From Paragordius varius (lineage: Eukaryota; Animalia; Nematomorpha): DNA of 64,000 nucleotides. The translations under genes and the position numbers were made by a program. The stretch lies in the NCBI GenBank assembly GCA_964247055.1, contig OZ176052.1:5642001-5706000 (forward strand). The letters run 5' to 3'. Below are positions 23,246 to 36,269 of this stretch, in pieces (the first letter of the stretch is position 1; each line of letters starts with the position of its first letter). The notes below the pieces were generated by a model. The model searched no databases, was not told the DNA's origin, and was given only the letters and a program-made list of their open reading frames with translations.

Positions 23246-24899
23246 TTTTAGAGTCTATAATTGGGAGAGGTCCAAAACAAGATTGCAACCAGCTGATAGC
23301 AAATATATCAAGTTTTGCTGGTAAAATGTAGCCTGAAAGCTTTTTAAAGTTAATTTACATTTCAACCATAATATATATTTATTAGCCTGTTATATAAAAA
23401 AATTATGAAAAAAATATCGGCAAAGAGAAGATTATTTTACAATTTTACATTTTTTAAAAAAATGTATAATGCGCCTAAAAGGGTAAAAAGCGCATATTTT
23501 TTAATTCGGCATGATACCTTAAATACTTTTTAAAATACGTAAATTAAAAATCGCTCTGGGATATAAAATTACCCCACAAAATAATGAAGTGCGAATGATA
23601 CAATTTCCCATCAGAATTTATGAATTTTATAAAAATATTTGTGGACACGAATTAAAGATTGGTTTGCTTATTTATTTGGGGAATTTTTATAAAACAAACT
23701 AATATAACAGAAATTGAAGTCGCACTAATAATCTGACACTTCATCACGATTTTATTTAGGCAATGATATTTTCGGGTATTTTTCAACCCCAATTAAAGTA
23801 GCAAAGAATTGAATTGAAATTTGTTTTTATATCAATAAATTAGAATTTTTACAGTACTAGAATCTTAAATTCATATAGCTCCATTATATTATGTACTAGC
23901 TGATATGAAAATAAATATATATTAGATATTTTCTGATAAATTGCCACTTAGCTAAGCATAGTTATTTATTTGAATTAAACAAAAAAATAACGAACAAAAT
24001 TGGATTAATTTTTTAAAAAATATGTAATTCCGCCTAAAGAACAAATGAAACCATATTTAAATTCGGCCCATTGATATTATAAACTTTTTCTAATTCGATG
24101 ACGCTGAACATCTATCACCTCTTAATAAAGGTTCCTTATCTAAATTAGGTTAAATTTTTTTGTGAAACACAATTTTTGAACATAATTTGGACATATTTTA
24201 AATATATTATTTGTTTTAAATGGCACTAATTCAAATTTTATGGCGCATTGGTATCTTTGCGTTTTATTTAAAGAAACTAGCCCATTTTAGCCCATTTTAG
24301 AAGGGCAAAAAAATCGTTTTGATAGGTATTTACAATTTTTTTAAAAATATTGTTAAATTTATATTAAATTAATATGTTTGGTAATGTTTTAAAAAACAAT
24401 ATCCTTTAATCAAATTTTAAATTACAGGGTAATTTTGCCATTTTCTGATATGTATCAGTAACAACAAAAGTATTAAATACTTCATTATTAGCATTATGAT
24501 GATTTTGATACGTTTCTCTATTTAATTTATATATATTTTATCAGAATTTCTTTGGACAATAAATAATTTAGTATTTTGGATTCAGAAACATCCTTTTATC
24601 TAAATCATTTATGTAAGAAGCTTTTTTTGTTTCTTAAATCTCAGTTGATATAGGGTCCTGATTTTATCAAAAGCAATTTTAATATGTAAATAATTATATC
24701 AGCTGATACAATTAATACAAATTATTAAATCATATATGATGTTAGTTAGAGTCTTTGAAAACAATGAAAAGTAATATATCATTCTGATAAATAAAAAAAT
24801 GATGATAAAGGTTGAAATCTATTTATGATTATAACAAATATATCTGATTATTTTTAATAACGAATATATGGGCTAAAGCCATTTGTATATGCATTATGC

Positions 24900-27200
24900 T
24901 AGCACCAATTTATTAGAATTTATGTTCAAATTCAGTGCGAGCGGTTGCACTAACCAACCCACATGGATATAAATTATAACATTAGCTCTTGTACTTTTAT
25001 ATCGTTTAAATTTTTGTTGCGCACTAAGTGCCTTGTTTATCGCAGTCAATTTTAATATGATTCGCTTTAATTTATTAAGTATCGTTTTTAGAAATACCAT
25101 CCTTAAGCATCATCAGCTGCTACAAAATCGCCTAAATATTGAAAAGGTGTAATTTTAAGTCTTAAATTTAACAGTACATATTGATGGACCATCTTTATAC
25201 AACGTGCACATATATAATTGAATAATTTGCTTTTTTCTATTGAATTTAATCCAATTTTTTCATACCTTTGTGGAGAACGGAGCAGAGAATCTTGATAAGT
25301 TTGTTAAAATCGACTGCGATCGAATTTAAACCGTATTTGTAATCGATATTTGTTTTTTAGTCAGGATTTAAGTGGTAGTAAGGTGGTCTTATATTTTAAA
25401 GAGTACCTCTCAAATGTTTTAGTAATGAAATATATAATTGTATTGGGCTACACGATCTGTAGTTTTATCTTAAATATCATAATTCAGGTGCAGGAACCGA
25501 GTGATTGAGTTGTGAGAGATACATTAAATTTATTGTCTGATAAGAAATTCTATGATAAGTGTTCTTGGCACTGAGTCATTTTTGTCCAGGTTCCAATTAT
25601 GATAAAGTTTAAGTACTTTAATATTTATCCTGTAGTCGTATACGGATGAATATCGACTAATAATTTGTTAAAAACTTATTATTGAGTATAACCATTTAGA
25701 TATCAAAGGATAGTTCACCAAAACTTGACCTGATTTTTGAAAATCATTGGTGATCTCTTGCATACTAGCCGTATAGTTCATTATATATCTATTATTATGT
25801 AACTTTTTTGGATATTTGAAAGAGCTTTTTCATTCCCTTTTCGATTTCTATTTTTTTACCGAGCGACTTTCCTTAGGTTATGGTTTAATTAAATCAAACC
25901 AGTTTTTTTCTTTTAACCTCTCGGCCGCACTGCTTCTAAACTAAGTGTTATCAACCTTTAGATTATGTTCAATTTTATATTGAGCTTAGTTAACCTTATT
26001 ACAGAGCTTTAAATTAAATTTAAAATTGATGTAAAATTTATGTTAAGTTTTTCGGATATGCTCACTTGTAATGTAACTTATCGTTGTATTATTAATTCTA
26101 AAGTATGTATAATTTTTTTATGTTTTGGCAACTTTTTGATATTGATGAGCAGCCGAGATTTCAAAAGGTTTTTCTTTATTAATGATCGTCTTAAAGGTTA
26201 CCTCCACTACCAAGGTCCTAAATGCTCCCAGCATGTTTAACTCCCCTCAATCATTGTAAAATTGATGTCAATGTGGAAACATTATATAGTTGATCCCAAA
26301 AATTAATGGCCTTCTTAGGTGGATATCCCAAAATTATTGGCGCTAGATGGTCTTTGTAACATTTCGATAATATAATGAATATTTGTTAAATTATTTAATA
26401 ATATGCATTTTTATATCTAAATTCTTGAGTGCGACATATGTTAAATCCAAAGTTCCCACCATCCAATGCTTAATTACCATTGTTCCAACATTTCAAGACT
26501 TACTTTCAGATATTCATTTAGGAGTTTTTATTGATATTTATTTATGGCTGTTTATTTAAATGTATTAAAATTATAGTTTGAGGATTATTGATGTTTGTTA
26601 TAAATAATATTTTTAGGTGTGATATCAATTAAAATATATATTATCAAGAACTTATTTTAAATATGTAAAAATTTTGTTAATATAATTTATTTTTATAAGT
26701 CGTTAATTCGTATTGTTGAGGCAATGCAACAATCTCTAACTCATAAATAGGGGTAACTTGTTTTGTGTAGATTAGATATTGTCTTAAAAGATTCCGAATT
26801 ACTTAAACCAAACTGCTTTTTTGCTTTACCGAGCTTACGGCATTCCGCGAAGATGGCGGTAGGATTTTGATGTTTACACTGGATATAATTTGCAATAAAT
26901 ACATGAATATTCGTGATCACTGGTAGACAACAAATAATTTGGACGGGCCAATTAAAATTTTTTTCGTCTTAAAGACCATGTCATATACTACTAACGAATT
27001 ATGCTGTCATATGCTCTTCCAATTACACCGACATTTTTTTGCGGGCCGCATATTAATCAAAGCTATGCTTTTTGTGGCTTTTCTTGTATAAAAAAATTTC
27101 GATAATCAACAATCAAGTAAGCGTACGTATTTTAATAGTCACCAATTTTAAACAAATCTGGTTTATCATGACTCGCCAATCTTAATACATCCATATGCAT
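24900..27200 (-). mobile_element. Highly decayed non-LTR retrotransposon (RT remnant)
   Basis: Minus-strand fragments in RT motif order: KQFGL (~26810), LRGVKHAGS (~26240; cf. GVKQG), a DD-containing segment (~26190) and SRLLINIKK (~26140). Many stops and frameshifts. Confidence 0.45.
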
Positions 27201-27237
27201 CTATCAAGCGATTTATATATATCTTATTTATGTTTTA

Positions 27238-28708
27238 CTAGCGTAAATCTCGTGCTGCTACGCAGCCCGAGGAAGTCCTTCGGACTTCTGTGGGGGGGTG
27301 GGGTTATTTGAAAAAAGGGACAATAAAATAAATATATATGGATTATGAAACATTATTTAATAGCTATGATCTCATAGGATTTTCAAAACGATGCATTCAT
27401 ACTAATATATTGTTTACTGGTGTAAAGGCCCAAAATTGACGTAACGGAAAAAACCGTTATACTATCATTTTTACCTTTTTATGGGTAATATTTAAAGCCT
27501 TTATTGAACTCGTATGGCTTAAGTTTTTTGAAAATTAGCTCCAAAGCCAAGCCATTTTTGTATAGCGTCTCAGTTTAGACCCCTACCCATAGAGGGCTTT
27601 ATGAAAAAGGGCTAAGAAATTTTTGCCTTTATAGGAAAAATATTGGAATCATCTTTGAGACCATCATCTCATGGGTTATTCGAAAAAACAATACTAAATA
27701 ATCGTTATATGATGGCGTATTTTTAGGGCATAAAGGCCCCAAATTTACGGCTAATAAAAAAAGGTCTAACCTAAATTTTTACCTAGTTACAGGTTATATT
27801 TCGAACTTTAAATGTTCCTTAAATTAGTTCCAGAACAACGTAATTTTTATATAGTGGCGCTGGCGGGTAGCTTCCTACCCAGAAGGTGATATAAAAAAGC
27901 GCTTGATTAAAATTTTGCCTTTTTACGGAGAATACCTGGAGTCATGATTAATTTCATATGCATTAATTTTCGGAAAAATTGCCTCAAAATTAAAAAATCA
28001 TTCTATGGTGGTGCATTTTTCAGGACGTAAAGGGAAAAATTAACGGCTTTTTTAAAAATTTGCTCGACTTAAATTTTTGACTTTTTACGGATAATACTTA
28101 AAGCACCTATTCAACTCATATGGCCTGATAGGTTTTCTGAAATTCAGCCCCAAAGGTACGCCATTTTGATATGACGGGGCAGTTTTTAGTGGTATCTCCT
28201 TGCCCAGCAGCTATCATCAAAGAAACGCTTGACTAAAATTTTTGCCTTTTAACAGGGAATACCTTGAATTCTTAATGATCTTTTACGGTCTCATACTTTG
28301 GGCGAAAAATAGATTCAAAAAATTATTTTTGGGGACTTAATTTTTTTAAAAAAAGTGTCATTTTACGGGGGAAGCGGGTAAAAAGAGGGCCTAAATTATA
28401 AAAGCGAGCCGACTATATTCGGCGCACTTGAAAAGAAGTAAATAATCATTTTTGAAATCGAATGGTCCAACACGTGTTCCAGAAAAATTGTCTCAAAGAC
28501 ACGATTTTTGTGGACATGTGTTTTCAAAAAACACCGTTTTTTACACAGGTGGGCCCGAACTGGGGACCTAATTCAAAAAAAGGGCGAAGCTATTGTCGGG
28601 GCATTCATTAATGATTATATTTTTTCGACATTTGGATTTGAATGGGTCTATCGGTTTTCCGGAAACAGATCACAAAGCCACCACTTTCCATTTTTATAAA
28701 TATATAGA
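27238..28708 (-). mobile_element. Non-autonomous Helitron, copy B
   Basis: 5' A|TC at 28708 and 3' CTAG|T at 27238. Hairpin TCGTGCTGC-TAC-GCAGCCCGA at 27250-27270. Homologous to copy A over the 5' portion. Confidence 0.78.
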
Positions 28709-28729
28709 TTTAGCGCCTTGCATGTATGA

Positions 28730-28900
28730 GATGCGGAAAAAACAGTATAACATAAGCTGTTTTGGTACATTTGGACAAAACTCTAACTTTCTTCTTCGCA
28801 AATCGTGATAACGCTTATAAATTGTAATGATTTTAAAAAGCCCAAAAACAGATGCGCATGAAGTTGCAGAGGATGCTTATAATTTGGCACAGCTATTCGC
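28730..28900 (-). pseudogene. hAT transposase C-terminal (dimerisation-domain-like) remnant
   Basis: Minus-strand ASSATSCASVFGLFKII resembles the hAT P-A-S-S-x-x-x-E-R-x-F-S motif. Flanked by stops. Confidence 0.4.
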
Positions 28901-29563
28901 CACGGATTTTCAACCGATTTCGAGCATTTTTATTATTCTTGAATCTTGGAATCTGATTCAATCTCATTAAATGATTATCTATTTTAAGTTCTTATCATAA
29001 GTTATGTCAATATTTTCTTCTAAGGCCGTTTTAAGTTTTGAGGAATACCCACCATTTCGTCAAACTTCAGTAAATAAAACAGTTGTCGATATAACCACAT
29101 TCGTGTAGAAAATATAACCATCAATCCAAAAATCTTCTTAAATAGTGTCATTAAGGAATTTATATAAACACTTTTGTACAATGCAGTAGGATAAGTTTAG
29201 GCAAATTTATATTTTTGTTTTGGGAGAGGATAATTGTTAAAAATTGGGCTCTTTATCTTTCAGGAGAAAAATTATTTTTATGGATTACCAATAAAATGAC
29301 AAAAGGTTTTTAGAGTTGCATTTGTTTTTCAGCAGAGATACCAATCTCTTATTGGTTACAATATACACGATAAGCATCCGTATATTTTTTTATAAAAGAT
29401 ATAAAAGATCCTAATTATGGCGAGAAACATACTTTCGTTATATTGTTTATGAAAATTTCAGATATTCCATTGTGCATTAGAAAATCTCACATATAGTGCA
29501 CATTGTGGTGGTTCTTAGAATATTCTTACAGACAATTAGTTAAAGTCAAAAATGTATTGTAGA

Positions 29564-31093
29564 TAATGTGACCAGATATTTTGAACTTTGACGCAGTACA
29601 AAATTAAAACATACTTCGCCTGTTTTTACCACATCAGTGTGATATATTACAGTTTCCACAAAAAAATCCTGAAATATATATTCTGATAGGAATATCAGGA
29701 TTATCATGGTGCTTTTGGTTTTAACCTTTACGAATTATTAAAGAAAGTTATTTACACTTTGGTGATCTGCTCCGTATAAAATTGCAAAAGGTGCGAAATT
29801 TTTTCAAATATATTTTGTGGTGAAAGCCAAATGCTTTATTTCAAAAGATATCACTAAAATATAACATAAACTACATAAAAAATGCAAAAAAAAATAATTT
29901 TAAATTTTTAGATGTGGGCTCTAAAGTCCCAATTTTTTGGCTCTTTTGAAATGGACTGTTCTCTTAAAATAAACGCAAAATTCCGACATTGTGCAATAAT
30001 TTTTAATATATGCTAAATTTTGATATATATTTTTCAAAAAATGAATACCTTAAAATTTAATTTTTAATTTGTTGAAGCGTACTTCATACTATTTTGACCA
30101 TGATGGAAACGATACAAACGGTTGAAATGCTATACCATTTATATATATAATTCAATAATGCTAAACATTTTCCTCACTCAGAATTTTGATTAAAAAAATC
30201 GGTCGTTTTTAAATAAAAATTTTGTTTTTTTCCAAAATTTGCAAGCAAACAAACTTTTAAATAAAAATTCTCAACCTATAGTAATGTTCAACATCATCAA
30301 ACTATTTAGAAAAAGGGTTTTATTATATCTTTAAGCGTTATACCGTTTCCATCCTGCTTCAAAATAATATGTACGCTTAACAAAATATCTTAAATTTTAT
30401 GCAAAAATTAGAAAACTAATAAAAATTAAAGTTTAAAAAAAAATTAAGAATCCCACCTAATGAGTATAGAAAACGTAAAAACTCTTATTTTTTACAAAAA
30501 AAAGTAATTTCGAAATCATACGCCATATATAACAAATTTTAAATAATAATTAGAGAAATATCAATTTTTTATATAATTTTCCGTTTAATAATTATAACAA
30601 AAAATAAACTTTCTAAACTTGATCAAACATTTATTATATCATAGATTAATTTTGTTAATTTAAAATTTTGAGGCACCTCTTTTCGCGGAAGCCCTGAGTG
30701 AAAGAGCCATTAGCCTGAATCTTACAGTGCGAGATTTATAGTTTCGCCACTGCGTGAAAGGCTGCAATCCTAAGCAGACCGATCCAAAACCCAATTTTAT
30801 GTATAAATCGAGCAGAAAATAAAATATTAACCAATTAAAAATGGGCCAGTCTTAGTTTTTTACATCAAAATGAACCATTTCTTTACAAATTATGTGGTTA
30901 TTTTTACAGAGGGTACTATATTAAATTCTAAAATAATTTTTTTAAATAAATAAAAGGTTAATAATATATATTTATTTAAAATTAATTTTTTTTTAATTTC
31001 AAAAAGCAGTACAAAAGTAGGCGCAGTACAGGTGCAGTTTTTTTCTGAAAACCCAGTACTGTACTGCGAAAAACAGCCTATCTGGTCACATTA
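29564..31093. mobile_element. Non-autonomous hAT element with internal cargo, 1530 bp
   Basis: TIRs TAATGTGACCAGAT and ATCTGGTCACATTA, related to the 4327-7341 element. Perfect 8-bp TSD ATTGTAGA at 29556-29563 and 31094-31101. Subterminal GCAGTAC repeats. Confidence 0.9.
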
Positions 31094-34000
31094 ATTGTAG
31101 ATAAAGATAGACCTTAATCCGTCGGCACATGTTGAATCAAAAATCTGACGATTTATATTCCTCATTATCTGATCTTTATCATGGACTTTACATTTTATAC
31201 ATATTTTCATTCATTCTGATTTTTTATGACATAATAATTTTTATCAGTTTATATATATCTAGCAATCGAGTAAAAACTAACATAAGTATTAATAATTAAG
31301 GGTTATATCAAAGCACTTGTAGGGCATGAAGGTTTGAGTACCACTGTTTTAATGATTAATACTATAAAAATAAACTGTATTAATTTGTGGATGGGCTAAC
31401 AATTTTACGTTAAAGCCAGATTAATCATTGCATAAATTTACAATAAGTTTTATACAGAAGCGCTTACGTTCTTTTTATAACTAAACAATACCAAGACCAT
31501 TCGTGAACACTATTAGAATGCTGGTTTCCAAAAGAGTATTATTAGTGTTGAATACAAGTGTCTTATGTTGCACAATTTCTTTTATTTCACGCAATTGTGA
31601 TCCACCATGGTTAATTTTGAATTTTTTAGGCATAAGAAACCTTTAAATTTAAAAAACCGAACAAGATATTGTAACAAACGATGAATATTGAGGATTTCGA
31701 TAAACGATTTCTATTTATAATTACCCCTTATGAAATTGTGACAATTGAAGAATGCAAAATTTATAACTTATTAAATAATTATAAATCATATAATTATGAT
31801 CAGTTAGCTAACAATAAATGTAAGTAATGCTAATTTTAGTCATTTTTCAATTTGAAAATAAAGAGTATGCTGAATTTTTTTTGTCCGATTTAACTGAAAA
31901 ATTTGAATTTGATAAAAAGACTGAGGATGGAGAATGCGAAGATGGTATATTTTTTTTGATTTTTAGACAAGCCATTTATTAATATAAACGATGAAAAAAT
32001 TATCAAAAGCGATGATTGGCAATGTTTAAAATATGAAATATGCGAGGATGACACCATATTCCTTTTAAGATACGCCAAAAATTGTATTATGAAAATTTAA
32101 TTTATTTAGCTGAAGTAAGGCTTAAGAATTTTATGAAAAAACTTGATTTACGACAAATAATTACTTTGAATTCAAATACCCGTACTCAAAATTCTCATCT
32201 CTCTGTTAAACCTATAAATCGTAAAATGGTATCCTATGACGAGGAATTAGATCTAAACGACCACGGTTAATATTTATCCAAAACTAATAAAATTATATAT
32301 TAATTTTAAATTAATATAAAGTAGGGATTGGTTCTTGCGATGAACCGCTTTTCCACGATAAAACGGAACCACAGTTTTAAAATTTTAAGAATTTTTGGAA
32401 TATATCCTTATTTTTAAATAATTAGTTTTAGAACAGAAAAAATGTAAAGAACCGGAATTGGAACAAGTTAAAACTTAAGAATCGTTTTGGAACCGGTTTT
32501 AAGTTTAGGGTCGGGTTCCAAGCCCTGTTTGTAACAATGATGATCTAAGATTCGAGCAAATAAATTTGAAAGTAGAAAATTTAATATAAAAAATACTTGA
32601 GATGCAGGGATTTCCATAATTTTGGTAAGGTTATATAATTTGCGATTTTTAAACTTTAAATCCTCCCATTTCCAAAATTTTTTGTGGAGGTGGGTACAAA
32701 TAAACTTCTATCCAAATCAAATATTATATCTTTTATGACTTTGTATTGTCTGAGTGTTCATGTTTTATTTAAAATAAAACTCATAATTATCGCCCACTAT
32801 CTGTTTATTTGAAAAAAAGTTTTTTTAAAATATTTTTTATTAAATAAAATATAAACGGGTAAGCACACGTTTATAAAAACTAATGCTATTTTTGGACTGC
32901 ATGATAGAACCATTACGTATTATTAAATTATAATTTAGTTAAAATAAATCATAAAGTAGCCAATTTTGATTGTTGTTCAGGGATAAAAGATTGGGAGCAG
33001 ATCGAGAGGTTAAAACACCCCTCATGCAAGAACTTGTAAAAATGCCACTAATTCGTTACAAAATGAGCATTGTTTGAGTTAGTCAGTTCAAAAATAGTTA
33101 AATAACTGAAAGTTTGTTCAATAGAGAGCAGCAAATGCTTTTCTCTGCAGTCTATTTGAATCCTAATTTTAAAAGGGAAACTTCATATGAGGAAAAATAC
33201 ACTGCAAGAAACAACTTATTGGCTCTTTATAGACGTATTACGTCAAATGTAATAAGTCAATGTAGATTGAATGGAAGTCGGCGATAATTTTGAATTGTAT
33301 TTAATGAGATGAACACACAGACATCAATATAGTTATAAAGGAAATGTTATTTGATAAAACTTCAATTGTACCCACCTCTATAAAATTTGGAATTATCGGA
33401 AGATATTTATAGTTTAAAAATCGCGAATTGTATCTTGCCAAAATAATTAGGAAATACCGGCATCCCAAGTATTTAATTAATAATAATTGTAGTGAGATCA
33501 TTTCAACTTAAAAATTTATTTGATCGAATCTTAGATTATGTTTATCACAAGAGAGTATGAAAGCTATCATATTCTTTAAAATTGAACCAAAATATATTAG
33601 ATATGATTTAATTTTTATTGAGTTACCTTTGTATTATCAGATATTTGGATGTATGATCGAAATCATTTTAAGAACCGGTTTTATTCTGCTGAGAACCGGT
33701 TTTGGAACCGAATATAAATTTGAAAATCGGAACAGGAACAGTTTTTAAATTTTAAGAAACTTTTTAGAACCGGTTCTAGAACTAAAAAAATGTAAAGAAC
33801 CGGAACCAATGCTCGGGTTCCAAGCTCTAGTTAAAAGAAGAAAAAAGATTTTAAGGGCCGTGCGCCATATTATATTTATAAATATTTCATAATTTTTGAC
33901 TATTTGCAGATATTTATATAAAAATAAATACTTCAAAAAATTTAATGAATAATTCAGGGCCATATAAAAGCAGTTTTAGGACCGATGCGGTCCATGGGCC

Positions 34001-34760
34001 GCCGTTTGAATACCACTGGTTTAATCGTTAAAAAAGATTCTCATCAACCAATTTTATTAAATAGATTGTTGTTCAAATATTATTTTTATTATCCGATCAT
34101 TTTTTCCTTATTAAATAATTAATGATTTCTCTTTTAGCGTGTTTATGTTCATAGCTCTGCCTTATTTGTTACTTATTATTTCAATATCTACTTTATGTTT
34201 GATCATAGAAAATGCTTTTATTCTTATTGTTTAATAAATTTTATACCCAATAGCATGGTTTATTTTATATTGAGCATTTCATGTTCAATGTTTTTGCTAT
34301 AGGCCATTTTCACTTTTGTATTATGATTTTATAAACATCCATACTTTATTCTCCTCTAAGTATATTAACACCGAGAAGATTATTTTTTTTCGGTTGAAAT
34401 CTTAAAATTTACCATTCCTTTTTTACTTGACACCTAGAGCTGTAATTTACAAAAAAATGTTAAAAATAAACCAATATCAAAATAAATTCAAAAACTTAAT
34501 CTCTACAATAATGTCAAAATCTTTTAGTTGACTTGCCCCAAAATCTTTTAAGTTTTACCTGTTATAAATATCACCGTTAACGAAATTTTGGATATTAAAA
34601 TTTTAGTTTACACTTGTTACGAAACCAAGTTTTTTTTGGATGAATGTTTGTCTCACCATAATTTGTGTTTATCAATTAATACAAATATACATTTATTAAC
34701 AAATTAAATATTTATTTATTGATATTTTTATATATATAAGTTTTTTTTATATATATACAG

Positions 34761-35286
34761 ATACCCCTGAAATACAAGAAAAGCCTTTAAGCTTTCACGA
34801 CAATAAAGCTGCTCAAAAACCGAATAATGAGGATGAGAATTTGATTGAGTATGATTATGAGACCGAAATCAAACGCACATACAAACAAATAACGGGCGGA
34901 CACTTGAGTTTATCTAAAAACATTTTGGATAGCAATTCTGACCACCAAAATAATTCCATGTATAATAAAATTTCTAATAATTCGGATGATGCCTTAAATG
35001 TTGGACATCCTGGTTTATTTACCAAATCATATCGTAAATTACATGGGATGTGTGACAAAGGCTCCCTCCCCAATGTGGGAACTATGGTAGCAGATGCATT
35101 TATAAGCAAGAACGATACCTCTTTTCTTAAACATGGGTAATTTATTTTTTCTTATGTTAAGCTTGAGTATGTTATTTTTGATTAAGGCTTGATGGTATAA
35201 TAGGTAGGGCGCCCGACTATTACACTGCGTTCCGGAGTTGGAACCCCGAAACTACTCAATTTTTCCATCATCTTTGTCAGCCCTGG
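34761..35286 (+). CDS. Internal exons of an unidentified protein; a possible terminal exon lies at 37481-37543
   Basis: Exon 34761-35136 (ACAG acceptor, open for 125 codons, GG|GTAATT donor), a 50-nt intron, then exon 35187-35286 (GLDGIIGRAPDYYTAFRSWNPETTQFFHHLCQPW, donor TGG|GTGAGT). Phases are compatible and GC is raised. Exon 37481-37543 (NASQKEKYYKQIGSQGSLDK*) is phase-compatible. No 5' exon was found and no family was recognised. Confidence 0.65.
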
Positions 35287-36231
35287 GTGAGTGAGTGTTA
35301 AAGCCTTCCCAAATTCGGATAAAATCTCCTTACCTTTTAATAAAAAGAAAAAAGATACTCTAAACTGTATATTTTTTATGTTATTTTTTGGTTCAATGAT
35401 AAATTTGTTTGAAAAATTGTCCAAGTGTTTATATAATTATATTAATTTGATACTCACAAATGTGTAACCAATATAATTACATTTTACTAAAATCAAATTA
35501 ATTAATAAATGGTAATATATTGATTACGGATTAGTCTAAATTATATGGTTTACAATATTTTGGTTACACTAACCTGACCATATTAATTTTAAATTTATTA
35601 ACGAATTTTATTTTAGACACAGCTAAAATTTCCAAATTTAAATAAAAATTATCTTGATTTAATTCTTACTGCATTAATTGCCATACTTCATTGTTCTTAA
35701 AAATTTAGAATCAAATTACTCTCTATAGTTTTATTAGGATGTGGATTGAAAATTTATTAATAAATTTAATTATATAACTTATATTTCCATCGTTTTTTAA
35801 ATTATATTTTAATATTTTCATTCTTGCCAAGGTAAATTAAACAAAAATAGTTTTAATAATCGTAGGTAAAGCTCTATTTATATTTTAACGCGATTATATA
35901 AATAACTAACATATTTATCAAATATAGATTGGAAATCGATGACTCAGACGACGAATTTTCAGAAATATTAAAGTAATCATAATTATTATTTTTCTTAATA
36001 ATAGTTTCATATCTAAGGGGTTAGGGACTTAGAATTCTATCTTTCATAACGCTGTTTGTAACATACAAAAGCCAATAGCTCCCTGTTTGTTTTCACTGCT
36101 TATAATTACGGTTAAAATATTTTATCGAATATATACTAAATATGCCTAAGGTTTTGTTTTTTTACCAATTTAAGCGTTAATATGGTTTTATTGTTAATGC
36201 TAACGCCTTTAATTTAATTTTTAAATTTTTC

Positions 36232-36269
<38 letters not shown>

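Noticed and set aside
30686-30795. Assignment of the GC island as RNase P/MRP, a hammerhead or an HDV-like ribozyme
   Set aside because: Only partial motif resemblance. The required pairings (P4, hammerhead stems around CUGANGA/GAAA, the HDV P1/P1.1 pseudoknot) could not be built, so it is kept only as an unassigned candidate.
35137-35161. 25-nt intron alternative (AG at 35160-35161) and a 20-nt GTATGT...AG sub-intron at 35167-35186
   Set aside because: The 25-nt option gives a stop after 10 codons and the 5-nt microexon option frameshifts. The 50-nt intron keeps the long open frame.
34855-35424. Minus-strand ORFs 34855-35109 and 35182-35424
   Set aside because: They are antisense to the plus-strand exons, which have proper splice signals and compatible phases.
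35928-35975. Exon-like LEIDDSDDEFSEILK segment
   Set aside because: It needs a phase-2 upstream donor, and neither donor at 35287 or 35291 provides one. It is too short to support alone.
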